Source: an uncultured Nitrososphaeraceae archaeon (lineage in GTDB: Archaea; Thermoproteota; Nitrososphaeria; Nitrososphaerales; Nitrososphaeraceae). Taken from it: a stretch of DNA of 43,233 nt. Below are positions 12,867 to 24,161 of the stretch, in pieces. The notes below the pieces were generated by a model, which did no database searches, was not told the DNA's origin, and saw only the letters and a program-made list of their open reading frames with translations. The stretch is taken from assembly GCA_963765895.1 (NCBI GenBank), contig CAVXZB010000001.1, positions 1-43,233 on the forward strand. The letters run 5' to 3'. Both the position numbers and the translations under genes were made by a program. The first letter of the stretch is position 1; each line of letters opens with the position of its first letter.

Positions 12867-14392
12867 TCAAGTCACACATTTTTCCGTATCTGGGTTAAAT
12901 GTTGTGTTTATAGGACATTCAGCTATGACCATGCCATCATGATATATTACCTGATTACTTTTAATATCTTTATTTCTATACAGACCTTCTTTTAGATATA
13001 CCATCTTATCATCAGTAGGTGCGGTTGTAAGATTATTTAAGGTGTTACCATGATATGGTTGAATCACGCTGGTACTTCCATTGATTTGCTTTATCCTTCC
13101 TTCCACTAACCCATCGCTTTTTGTGGACCATTTTATATGCACGAGAACATCATACCATATTCCTTGCTTTAGTGGTTCACTCCATCGATATCCACAGTTA
13201 GGAGGTGTTGTGTTAAAGCAGCCAATGCTATCATAATAGTGACTCATAACGCGAAGACTTAGTATATTTTTATTTAGATCGAATTCTACAGGAACCCCAT
13301 AAGTAAATGTTCCCTGGTTTCCAGTATGCCATTGTGTCCACACGTGCCAAGGCGAAGTAACGCTTGAACCAGGTAATTCGAAGCTGGGTGAAAACATTGT
13401 ATACCAATGGTACCACTGATTGCTTCCATCGTTAAACATATGTACATGTCCCGGGGAATCACAATATTTTAGCTCAGCTCGCACGCCGTTTGTTCCAGGA
13501 ATTGTTATTGCATTCTTTGTAAGTGTGACCTGAAGAGAATATTTACTAATACCTGGAGGATAAGTATTAGAACTTACTACATCTAAACGATTAGTTGGAT
13601 CGCTATACTCTGCGCAATTATTTTGACTAGTCGGCACTTTTGGGCCTTTAGTCCACTGACTTAGATCTCCGGTTTCGAAGTCTAGGCGTGTAAGTGATGT
13701 GGGATTGGAACCTACAGGAGAAGAAGAAGTACTATTCCATCCTGACCATGAACCATTACATCCAGCTGTTGCAGTAAAATAGTTATACCATATATTGTTA
13801 TCAGAGCCTCGAGCAAAAACATGCAAATCTTTAGAATTCCATGAAGTAACAGTCGGAGACGAAGTTATGTTAATATTTTTCGGATGGCCTACTTCTCCAG
13901 CATTACCCACATGAGTCCATGGCTCCCAATCCGTAGCACCTCCATTTGGATTGCAAAGTCGCCAAATGCCTTTATCAGATCCTGTTGCAAAAACATCTAA
14001 TGTCTTATTATTGATATCCCTTGAAATGGCTGCTGGCGACGATGTTATAAGTACGTTCTGAGGATGACCTGAAGCTCCTGGATTACCGGTAGACGTCCAA
14101 TTATGCCACATCGCCTGCGGATCCGTGGTATTTCTAAAATAGGGATTATTATAAACTGAACCATCAGAACCTAATACAAAAGCATTAAGATGGCCTGGTC
14201 CCCAATTAGACACGGAAGGTGGAGAAGAATTGCTACCTGGAGTAACAGCTGATATCGTGTGATAACTTGAACTAGCGCAAAGATGATAAGGGTCAATAAC
14301 GGCACTGATAATGCTAATAATAGGTTTCTATAATTAGAAGATAACTCAAAAATAAATCTATTCTTGGATAAAGACGCCACTTTTGTCTGCAT
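12867..14392 (-). CDS. Secreted protein: Trp-rich lectin-like beta-propeller blades plus C-terminal polysaccharide-lyase-like domain (frameshift near 14240)
   Basis: Signal-like segment in 14171..14392. Three repeats of S.P...S.....L.VFa.GSD..IW...W..W (fucose-lectin-like blades). Then DFETGDLSQW...RAELKY...WYHW...QWH...WYDVLVHIKWS..DG.VE...YLKEGLYR...IYHD (Polysacc_lyase-like jelly roll). Confidence 0.75.
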
Positions 14393-15076
14393 ATTAGTGT
14401 TTTAAGCTATAAAGGCATATCGGTGACAAACTCTTATACTTTTCCCTTATGTGGATATTATTAAGATGGAAATTCAGTCTTGACTAGACGGGTATTTCTA
14501 GGGACATATCAACTTGCCATCTAAAAATGGGTAGGAGAAAAATGCAGGTCAGAAATAAATAAAGGATTGCGGGTATTTAATAGAGGATGTCGAATAGGAT
14601 CGAGCTTACTGAATTCGGTCATTCTTCAAAAAGACAAATTTGACATACTCCAATGAGTCTAATGAAGCAGGTGTAGTGTAGTCTATCATATAAAATAGCG
14701 TAATTTATAGTCAAAATATAGCTCCCTGAATCTCAGCCACAATAGTAATTAAAAACCTGCATCGTCCTACATGTATTTCTTCTATTCCAACAATCTTGAT
14801 TTCGCATTGGCTCTGTCTGAGGCAATATTCGGTGCCATACTGCTAAGAATATGAGTGCTGAATAACCCTAAGCAAGTGACTACTAATTTTCTAATCGTTT
14901 CTGTTCAATTTCATGATCTTTTGTTCTTTATATTCTACAATACCAGAATGAAAATCGCTGTTTGATGCATCTTGCTCTGGGGCTAACAGAGTAACAACCT
15001 TCTACGTCTGTCTTCGATTTTGAACTTTATGTTACCGAGATCGAAAATATTTATCGATTTAGGAAAATAGAAGGTA

Positions 15077-15186
15077 CATCCTACTAATTCATAATACGTA
15101 TCACCTTGATATTTCAAATATTCAATTTTAGTAGTCTATAGTTTTGTATAATAAGCGTGAATAAATTGTCTGATCTCTAAATTAGT
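15077..15186 (+). repeat. Dispersed repeat copy B (left half); includes the left 75-bp direct repeat 15112-15186
   Basis: catcctactaattcataatacgtatcaccttgata followed by 75 bp identical to 27251-27325. Confidence 0.95.
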
Positions 15187-15231
15187 ATATTTATTATCCT
15201 TGAAATGCCTGTAGCTGTTTAGTCTTTCGCA

Positions 15232-15570
15232 AAAATGTAATTGTGCTATTGTATACTATGTATAATGAGCATGACTAACATGTCTAATTTCTAAATTAGT
15301 CTATTTGCGTATTTTAACAAACGATGAGAAGAAATAAGAAGGAGTTTGTTCCTGACTCCAATACTGGATACAGGATTGTTACTCCTATGTGATGAATGTG
15401 ATATATGTGATCCAGATTCATTATTCAAAGTATTGTCATAGATATCGTTGAAGTTGTTTTTGTTATGTGAAGTATTATTTTCTGTTTCATCACATACATC
15501 ACATACATCACATTGCGCTTTTCAGTTATCATCGTTAGTCCATGTGAGTACAAAGATTTCTCACTAACCT
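15232..15570 (+). repeat. Repeat sub-unit plus iteron arrays plus degenerate MCM 3' end (homologous to 38953-39140 and 39460-39610)
   Basis: 15232-15411 aligns to 38953-39134. The minus strand of 15470-15570 reads KVSEKS./VLTW...QCDVCDVCDETENNT, compared with MCM IVSEKPIVLKW...TCAACDICDEVNNT. Confidence 0.85.
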
Positions 15571-15671
15571 TCATAAAGATCCTTAGTTATAGTTTGAAAA
15601 AGAATGATATTTTCTAGGGATTTTTTGGGCATACAGGTATAAACATGGAACGTTACCCGATAATTGTAGTC

Positions 15672-15977
15672 CTACTGCATAGGTTTTGGCTTTAACATAA
15701 CTCTCATTCCACCCTCACCTTTAGCACTAACTACAAGTTTCAGTGCCCCTCCAGTTTCCATCATACCACTAATCCATAATTCAATAGATTCTACATGATA
15801 CTGTTTGAACCAATCAGCTATTGATTCCATACTTGTTGACAGGTGTTTTATTATCTCGCCACTACCGCCTTTTGAAATGTACTCATCATCTTCCTCTTGT
15901 TCATATTTTGGAAATGCTAGTTCTATCTTACCATTGTTTCTATTGCTATCGTCCTTATTGTCTATAGGATCTTCCAT
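15672..15977 (-). CDS. Small peptidase-co-occurring (Pepco/Trypco-like) protein
   Basis: 101 aa, acidic N-terminus, then YHVESIELWISGMMETGGALKLVVSAKGEGGMRVMLKP (Gly-rich alternating beta-strand pattern). Divergent from the caspase-like gene. Confidence 0.55.
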   Translation of the reverse strand: MEDPIDNKDDSNRNNGKIELAFPKYEQEEDDEYISKGGSGEIIKHLSTSMESIADWFKQYHVESIELWISGMMETGGALKLVVSAKGEGGMRVMLKPKPMQ

Positions 15978-16232
15978 AATTTTTAATCACGGACTAATTA
16001 TTTATAATTAAATTTGTTTGTCAATCTTATGATTATTAACAACTATTATGTTGGCAAAATAATTTTTCCGTATCATATGTTCAAATTGCTGCTGAAAAGC
16101 AGAGTATATTCTTATTTATTAATACCACATATTAAGAAGATTTAAATAATTACTTCGATTTACGGTAAATTATTGATTGAATTTGCTATGTCTATTTAAT
16201 GAAATAAAATTCAATGACAGTGAATGGGGGCT

Positions 16233-19200
16233 ATGACACTGCCAGAGGGCTCGGCTACTCCATCAGATCCCAAAGGTGATGACAATGTAACCTAAGATTG
16301 AGGCAAGTAAAGGGGTAGAACTAGCAACAACCGGAGACACCGCCGTAGGCGAGGGAAATAAAAAAGCATTGATAGTAAGTATTAGCTCTTATAAACATCT
16401 CCAACGTTTGGACTTTTGCCAAAAAGATGGCGAAGGAATGTGTCAACTTTTAGAAGCATTAGGTTATGAGATTCGGGGAAGATAATAGGCTGATAGGTGA
16501 AGTCACATATCAGAAACTAAAGAAAGCAATAATAGAGTTCTTTACAGGTAAGAATGTTAAATCTAAAGACACTTTACTCTTTTATTATTCTGGCCATGGC
16601 ATACCAGATGCATATGGAGATACCTATATTGCAACATCTGAGATAGATCCAGATGCTGTATATGATAGTGGTTATTCCTTCCACGATCTTACAAAGATGA
16701 TGAATATAAGTAAATCTAAAAGAATAGTTACAATCTTAGACTGTTGTTGTAGCGGAGCAGCTGGCATCACCAAAGGCAATGAGAATCAGGCTGGAGATTT
16801 AGCCAGAAATGCTATGGACATTAAGTCAAAAACTCTTGCCGAAGGAGAGGGCAAATGCGTTTTGGTTTAAGCCTTGCTACTCAAGTAGCCTATGGGAAAA
16901 AGGAAAACGATCACAGTGTATTTACCTACCATTTGATGGAAGGTCTAAGAGGAGCATCTATCGACAGAGAAGGGACTGTTACACCTCATTCTTTGGGTGA
17001 ATATGTATATGACAAAGTCACAGCAGCAGTAAAACAAAAACCTGTAATAAAGACTGAGGCATCAGGGAAAATTATACTTGCAGACTATCGAGGCTTGACA
17101 GCAAGGTCTTTACAATCTGAGTCAGATTCAGTCAAAGTGGATATTTCTTCGATTGTAGATGAAGGCAATCAGTGCGCTGAAAACTTTGACTATGAAAATG
17201 CCATTAGACTATATGATAGGGCAATAGTTCTAAATCCAAGAGATCATCATACTTATAATCATAAGGGCAAACTCCTTTTCTCACGGGGAAAATATGAAGA
17301 AGCTATCAAAGCATATGATGGAGCGATAGCTGCGAATTCTAAACATAGAGTTGCATATAATGGTAAAGGAGATGCACTGTTCGAGCTATCAATTTACAAA
17401 GAAGCTATTGAAAGCTACGATAAAGCCTTGGAGATTTATCCCAACTATTTTGAAGTACTAAGAGACAAGGGTTTGGCTCTCGACAGATTAGAAAGGTACA
17501 GAAGAAGCCATACAATACTATGATAAAGCCCTGAAGATAAATCCAAAAGATGATGAGGCTCCAAGGTATAAGGATAAGACAATTGATAAGTATGTAAAAT
17601 CTGAAAAAAATAAAGGTATTTCCTTTTACAAATATCTGCAAAGGTACAAGGAGGCTATAGAATGTTTAGATATTTCATTAAGTTATAACCCGCAAGATTC
17701 ACAAGTGTGTTATTATAAAGGCTTAGCATTTACTCGATTATCAAAATACGAAGACGCTATGCAATGTTATAATAAAGCATTAGAGATTGAACCTAAGAAT
17801 GTTGAAGCACTCATTGAGATGGGTAATTCTCTTAAAAGCTTGGATAGGTATGAAGAATCTATCAAGTACTATGATGAAGCCCTAAAAATAGATTCTAAAA
17901 AGATTAATGTGTGGATGGAAATTGGTAATTCAAGATCTTCGCTCAAGGATTATAAAGAGGCTATCATATGTTATAATAAAGTCCTAAAGATTGAACCTGA
18001 AAATGTTGAAGCACTTCTTAAGAATGGCGAAGCTCTTGTCAATTTAGAGAATTATGCAGATGCAGAAAAGATCTTTGATAAGGTTTTGAAATTACAACCA
18101 AAAAGTAAATATGCATTACACAGTAGAGGTCTATCACGTTTAAGACAGAGCAAATATGAACAAGCCAGAGCAGACTTTGATAAGGTCCTTGAATTCGAAC
18201 CTGATAATGTAGATGCAGTGATCAACAAAGGGGTTGCTCAATATAATCTAGCCGAATATGATGAGGCTATCGAGTGCTATGATAAAGCAATTGGGATTAA
18301 ACCGAAATCCACTCGGGCTATTATTTTGAAGGGTATATCTTTAGATAAAAAACGAAACTACGATCACGCTATTCAATGTTATGATGATGCGCTAGAATTA
18401 GAACCTGATAATGTAGATGCGTTATTTAACAAAGGTATAGATCTCTTTAATTTAAAAGAGTATCAGAAAGCCATAGACTGTTATGATAAAGTAAGTGAGA
18501 TAGAACCGAAAAATGCAGAGGCATTACATAATAAGGGGGATGCTCTTTACAACCTGGCCAAATATGATGAAGCTATTAGATGCTATGACAAGGTAATTGA
18601 AATAGAACCGAAAAATGCAGAGGCATGGAAGAGCAAGGCGCATGTATTGATTAAGACTGGTAACAGCGAAGTAGCATTACTAGCCATCGAGAAATCATTG
18701 GAGCTTGGACCGAATAATGGTGCAGGATTATATGATAATGGATCGATACTTAATAGCTTAGGAAGGTACCAAGAAGCGGTTGCTTCATTCAACAAGGTTT
18801 TGGAATTAGAACCGAACAACATTGCTACTTTGACTGAGAGAGGTATTGCCCTCAACAAGCTAAGCAGATTTGAAGAAGCCTTATCTGCTCTTGATAAGGT
18901 TTTGGAATTAGAACCGAACAACATTGCTGCTTTGACTGAGAGAGGTATTGCCCTCAACAAGCTAAGCAGATTTGAAGAAGCCTTATCTGCTCTTGATAAG
19001 GTTTTGGAATTAGAACCGAACAACATTGCTGCTTTGACTGAGAGAGGTATTGCCCTCAACAAGCTAAGCAGATTTGAAGAAGCCTTATCTGCTCTTGATA
19101 AGGTTTTGGAATTAGAACCGAACAACATTGCTGTACTAACAGATAGGGGTATTGCATTTATTGGTCTGCAAAAATTTGATGAGGGCATCAAGAGTCTTGC

Positions 19201-20041
19201 GAAGGCACTATTGGTTGATCCCAATAATATGTATGTACTTCGGGAAATCGGCTATGTATATGAATTAAAAAGTTCTAGTAGCAAAAAACTCCAATTAGCA
19301 ATTCAACCAACAATTGAGATAGATACTTCGTTCAGTAGTAAAGATTCCGACGTCCCAGATATTCCTTCAATTATGGATCAGGCAGTATGGTGCATTAAAA
19401 ACGAAGACTATGAAAACGCGATAGGGTGGTTTGAAAAGGCTATCGCTCTTAATCCGACTGATTCTCGTCCGTATAATAGCAAGGGCGATCTCCTTTTCAG
19501 GTTGTCCAGATATGAAGAAGCCATCAAGGCATATGACGCTGTAATAGCAATTGATCCAGAGAATTACACGTCATACAATAGAAAAGGTGATGCTCTTTTC
19601 AAGTTGTCCTTGTATACCGAAGCCATTGAATGTTATAATATAGTACTAGCGATCGACCCTGATAATGTAAATGCATTGACTAATAAAGGAAATGCTCTTG
19701 ATTACTTGGCCAATTATGAGGAAGCAGTCGAGTGTTATGATAAAGTTTTAAAGATACAGATAGATAATGAAATGGTTTTACGGAGCAAGAGAAAGTCACT
19801 TAGGAAAAAAGCCGTAAGAGATGTTAAAAGTCTTGCGACAAATGATACTTCAGAAATTCCACAGAGTACTGAAGATAGGCAAATATTGGATTCCTCTGAC
19901 ACTCCTGATGGTTACACTGATCAAACTAAATCCTCAATTTGGGACCAGAGCCGTGACAGCTTATCATTTTTTAAAAGGAAGAAGAAACAGCAGACAGCAA
20001 ACTGGGTAGCACATCCCACTAGGGGAAGAGGATATGAATAA
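16233..20041 (+). CDS. Caspase-family (peptidase C14, metacaspase-like) protease fused to a long TPR array; about 4 frameshifts
   Basis: KKALIVSISSY...LDFCQKDG (16321 frame), LLFYYSGHG (catalytic His), TILDCCCSGAA (catalytic Cys), HSVFTYHLMEGLRG, QKPVIKTE, then more than 20 TPR motifs. Breaks near 16290, 16473, 16865 and 17499. Start is tentative. Confidence 0.85.
18794..19133 (+). repeat. 102-bp tandem repeat x3.3 (near-identical TPR units)
   Basis: aaggttttggaattagaaccgaacaacattgct recurs at 18794, 18896, 18998 and 19100. Confidence 0.95.
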
Positions 20042-20139
20042 ACAATGAGGTTTAGACAATAATTCGTGGAGATTTTGAAATGTGGCTAAAAATATGAGCC
20101 ATATTTTTATTATGAACAAGATACCGTTCAGAGGACTAA

Positions 20140-21087
20140 GACCCTATCCGAAAAGTAGTTGATTTTAATTGAGTTATATGCAAACTGCCTTTAATCGATA
20201 AAGCTAAGCTGTACTGCACTTTCTTTTGAGATATATATTGATATCAGAGAATACAGGAGTTGATTTCTCCTACTCCGTACCTGACGTTATATGGGATAGG
20301 ATCATCACATTGCTTCCGTCACCGTCAATACTTAGGAGGAAGAAAAAGAAGACTGGTCGTCCAAGAATGGATGATAGGAAGGCTATGAGTGCTATATTCT
20401 ACATCCTACGTACAGGCTGTCAGTGGAATGCTCTACCGAGAAGTCTTGGTGCTTCTAGTACCTGTACATGATAGATTCCAGGAGTGGAGGAAAGCAGGTG
20501 TATTCAGGCATATGTGGATGGATGGATTGTCAGTCTACGATAGAACTAATAGAATAGACTGGAAATGGCAGGCTATTGATGGCGTTATTACAAAGGCACC
20601 TCTTGGGGGAAAAAAGCACAGGACCAAATCCCACAGACAGAAGTAAATAAGGTACTAAACGTAGTATTCTAGTAGATGGTAAAGGAATACCACTTGGTGT
20701 ATCTGTAGATGGAGCTAACAGACATGACATGAAGATGACCAAAGCAACACTGCAAAGCATAGTCATCTATAGACCTGAACCAACAATCAGATTAAAGCAG
20801 CACATGTGCCTTGACAAGGGTTACGACTTTCCAGAAGTATACGAATTGCTGGAAGAGTATGGATATACAATTCATATCCCATTAAGAGGAGAGAAAAGAA
20901 GAAGGCAGCAAAGTGATACCTGGATACAGAGCTAGACATTGGGTTGTTGAAAGAACTCACTCTTGGATGAACAGGTTTAGACGGTTGTTAATTAGATGGG
21001 AGAAAAAGGTAGAGAATCATATTGTATTGTTGCATTATGCTTGTACTTGGATCACTTACAGAAGAGCAAGAGTTTTCGGATAGGTTC
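20140..21087 (+). mobile_element. IS5-family insertion sequence, 948 bp, TAA target duplication; transposase disrupted
   Basis: TIRs GACCCTATCCGAAAA / TTTTCGGATAGGTTC, flanked by TAA at 20137-20139 and 21088-21090. Transposase motifs GRPRMDDRKAM..IFYILRTGCQW..LP, AIDG, LDKGYD and RHWVVERTHSWMNRFRRLLIRWEK. There is an in-frame stop (DRSK*GTKRS) and extra frameshifts. Confidence 0.95.
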
Positions 21088-21475
21088 TAAGATAGCTAGT
21101 CAAGTGTTGGCTGGCAATTATCTGCTCCCTACTGGGAACAAAATTGAATAAAAATCCATAAGGCTTTGTCTACTGTATTGGAATCAGGATCAATACCTTA
21201 TATTATTTATGAATAGCCTAATTTAGAAATAAGATGATTTATTCACGCTCATTATACCAGATTATACCAGACTATACCATACTATACCATACTAAAATTG
21301 AATATTTGAAATGTCAAGGTGAGACGTATTATGAGTGTAGGATGAAGCATAATTCTTTATTCTAACCTATTGTCTAGATATTACTGATTTCCAATTGAGG
21401 TATATTCAAATCTCAAATACCCTATATCTGTCGTTTATTCAAAAAGGAAAGAAAAACAATCCGAATTTGAGAGTC
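21088..21475 (-). repeat. Dispersed repeat copy C (inverted), interrupted by the IS5 element
   Basis: The reverse complement aligns to 38480-38815, with the core at 21291-21311. 21423-21473 also matches about 38217-38268. A 10-bp tandem tatacca(g/t)a(t/c) x4 lies at 21253-21292. Confidence 0.9.
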
Positions 21476-22230
21476 ATCTAGAAAGCGCACATATGGTATC
21501 TACAGACGTTCTAGTTAACCACTTTGCTTTTGTCGAGTCGTTATTGTTTAAGAGGACTACTGACACTAATGAAAAGACTGCATAGGTATAAAATAACTGA
21601 AAAAGGTGTCATCAGTTACTCCGAAATAGTAACGTATTAATACCAGTTCTCATAATACGTAGTAGTAGAATAACAGGTGGTATAAGAGATATGTTGCAAA
21701 TATTCGTAGACAAACCCGACAGAAATAATGCGATTATTTCTGGGAGACAAGTTCCAATCTATTGATGGTATCGCGTCCATCATGTGGTAATAAAGTGAAA
21801 CAGAGGAGATTCTAAGGAGATAGAAATGACTTCATTAGATTTAGAGGGAATAACGAGGTAATAGACAAATGGGCATTTTTCAAAAAAGACTCTATGAAAA
21901 TGACAAAATGTCTAAGTATTTTAGAGATGTAATTTCAAAATTTACAAACGAAGATAAAGAGCAAGCAACACGATTGGCCTGTATTATTGAGAATAAAGAT
22001 AGCCAACGAAGGGTTATACATATGAGGGTATAGCAAATGAACTATTTGGATATGACTGTATCGAAGTGTTAGAAAACGAAGAACTTGGAAATAAAGCCAG
22101 ATGTCATAGTTAGTACAACATCTAAATATCAATTATCTCTCAAATTCTCTTCTATTGAGGCCGACAGGTTCAACATGAATATCCAAATAGGGTCACTTCA
22201 CATATAATGATTTTAACATTTGTCACATCA

Positions 22231-23232
22231 TTAGTTGTGTTTTGTGTTTTTCGAGGAATTACTTCTTGTGTTTTTCAGTTTTTCTATTTTGTCAAAACAT
22301 ATTTTTGCTTCCATATATCGACCAAGTTTTTCGAGGTCTATTCCTTTATTATTCAAAGCATTGACATTGTTAGGATCTATTTCTAAAGATTTATCATAGT
22401 ATTGTAAAGCCTCAAGAGTTCTCCCTGCTTTATCTATGCATAAGCCTTTGTTTTCCCATGCATAGGCGTCGTTAGGATCTATTTTCAAAACTTGGTCAAA
22501 ACATTTTACCGCATCTTCATACCTTCCTATAGCGCCAAGAGCGTTACCTTTGTAATACCATGCCTCTGCATATTTATTATCAATCTTTACTGCCTCATCA
22601 AAAAACTCTATAGCTTCATCATATTTTGCTTGATTACTAAGAGCCAAACCTGTCTCTTTATATGCTAAAGCACGATTTGGATCATTTTTTACAGCCTCAT
22701 GAAAAGCCTTCATAAGTTCATCATGTCTTCCTAACATACGAAGAGTCACACCCTTCTTTTCCCATGCTGCTTTATACTTAGGATCTAGCTCTATGACTTT
22801 ATCAAAGCACACTAACGCTTGTTCATATCTTCCTATTTGACCAAGAACCTCACCTTTGTTGTACCATACTGCTTTATACTTAGGATCTAGCTCTATGACT
22901 TTATCAAAGCACACTAACGCTTGTTCATATCTTTCTAGCTTGAAAAGAGATGTACCTTTGTTAAGCCATGCATCAGCAAAATATGGATTTAGCTCTTTGC
23001 CTTTATCAAAAAACTCTATAACTTCATCATATTTTGCTTGATACAAAAGAGCCAATCCTATGTTATTGTATACTCTTGTGTAATTTGGATATATTTCCAA
23101 AGCTTTCTCAAAACACTTTATAGCTTCATCATATTTGCGTAATTGACCAAGAGCTGTTCCTTTGTTATACCATAGCATTGCATTCTCCGGAATATGTCCA
23201 CTACGATCCAATTTTACTATATGAATAAACAC
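22231..23232 (-). CDS. Tetratricopeptide-repeat protein (about 9 TPRs, no catalytic domain)
   Basis: Repeated W.NKG..L..LGRYE.A..CFDK.LE.DP motifs, with an internal about 63-bp duplication spaced 102 bp apart (22768/22870). Start uncertain. Confidence 0.9.
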   Translation of the reverse strand: MFIHIVKLDRSGHIPENAMLWYNKGTALGQLRKYDEAIKCFEKALEIYPNYTRVYNNIGLALLYQAKYDEVIEFFDKGKELNPYFADAWLNKGTSLFKLERYEQALVCFDKVIELDPKYKAVWYNKGEVLGQIGRYEQALVCFDKVIELDPKYKAAWEKKGVTLRMLGRHDELMKAFHEAVKNDPNRALAYKETGLALSNQAKYDEAIEFFDEAVKIDNKYAEAWYYKGNALGAIGRYEDAVKCFDQVLKIDPNDAYAWENKGLCIDKAGRTLEALQYYDKSLEIDPNNVNALNNKGIDLEKLGRYMEAKICFDKIEKLKNTRSNSSKNTKHN

Positions 23233-23300
23233 TTAATGTTATAAACATATACTATCAGCAAATGTTTATTATCATGAAATATTTATATTATCACCATACT

Positions 23301-24059
23301 GTGAGTATTAGCAAGCAATATATTAAAGAAATTAAGGACCAACTGGGCTACTCTGCAGTGTGGCTTCCCACGATAAATGTACGTCCTGGAGATGTAGGTA
23401 TGATTACAAACTACGAATATAGACCTGTTACTAATTTGTCAGCGTTAGGTATACCTTTTGAAATAGAGAAAGGAAATGTACAAGCTGAGTGTGATTACTC
23501 TTCACGCAACGCAGTTTCAGTTTCTATCAAGGCCGCAGGACAAATCCCATCACCTGGTTCAGCGCTTCTTCAAGGAGATGCAGGTATAAATGTAAAATTT
23601 GCAAAAAATAATGCAGTTCTATTTCGCTTATCTAGATGTAGTTCTACTGTTATAAAAAACCAAAACAGGTTAAAGGAACAGGTTCTAGATAGAAACAGAT
23701 CGCATAAATGGGATAAAAAATGGGTAGTAGTGATTGAAGCTGTAACCGCGGCAATGGCAACCATTATTACATCTCATGGAGATAACGCACAAATTGATTT
23801 AAAAGTTCAAGGTAATATAGGACAAGCTGAACTGGGTTTAATTAGTCTTGATGCAGGTTTTCAAATACTACAAGAATCAGATATTGCAATGAAAATTATC
23901 GCTTCAAAAAATCTCAGTCCTTTATTCAAAACCTCTACAGTACGAAAACCCTTCCTCCTATTCGGAGATGAGGACTTTATGGGCCCTCCTGAAAATGAAG
24001 TTGAATTTGGAACAGTAGATTATGAAGACTTCGAAGCTAAGATAGATGTTTTAATGTAA
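23301..24059 (+). CDS. Gasdermin-like pore-forming protein (about 252 aa)
   Basis: N-terminal helix then LGYSAVWLPTINVRPGDVG (compare prokaryotic/fungal gasdermin 'G...+..P.....PGD+'). Two amphipathic beta-hairpin regions, WVVVIEAVTA (compare 'fVVTeV..A'), LSPLFK, and a short acidic C-terminal tail. Convergent with the CHAT protease. GTG start at 23301 preferred; ATG 23262 possible. Confidence 0.7.
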   Translation: MSISKQYIKEIKDQLGYSAVWLPTINVRPGDVGMITNYEYRPVTNLSALGIPFEIEKGNVQAECDYSSRNAVSVSIKAAGQIPSPGSALLQGDAGINVKFAKNNAVLFRLSRCSSTVIKNQNRLKEQVLDRNRSHKWDKKWVVVIEAVTAAMATIITSHGDNAQIDLKVQGNIGQAELGLISLDAGFQILQESDIAMKIIASKNLSPLFKTSTVRKPFLLFGDEDFMGPPENEVEFGTVDYEDFEAKIDVLM

Positions 24060-24161
24060 TCGCTATAGAGGCCGCTAATTGCAAAGATTTTATGATCTAA
24101 TTTATTCAGGCAAAGATGTATTGTGTTAAATTAATAAATGATTTTCTTCCTTCTAATAGGT

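Noticed and set aside
18794-19133. Possible CRISPR array
   Set aside because: In-frame coding tandem repeats without unique spacers. No cas genes are recognisable in the window.
18583-19224. 213-aa minus-strand ORF with repeats
   Set aside because: Antisense shadow of the 102-bp TPR repeats.
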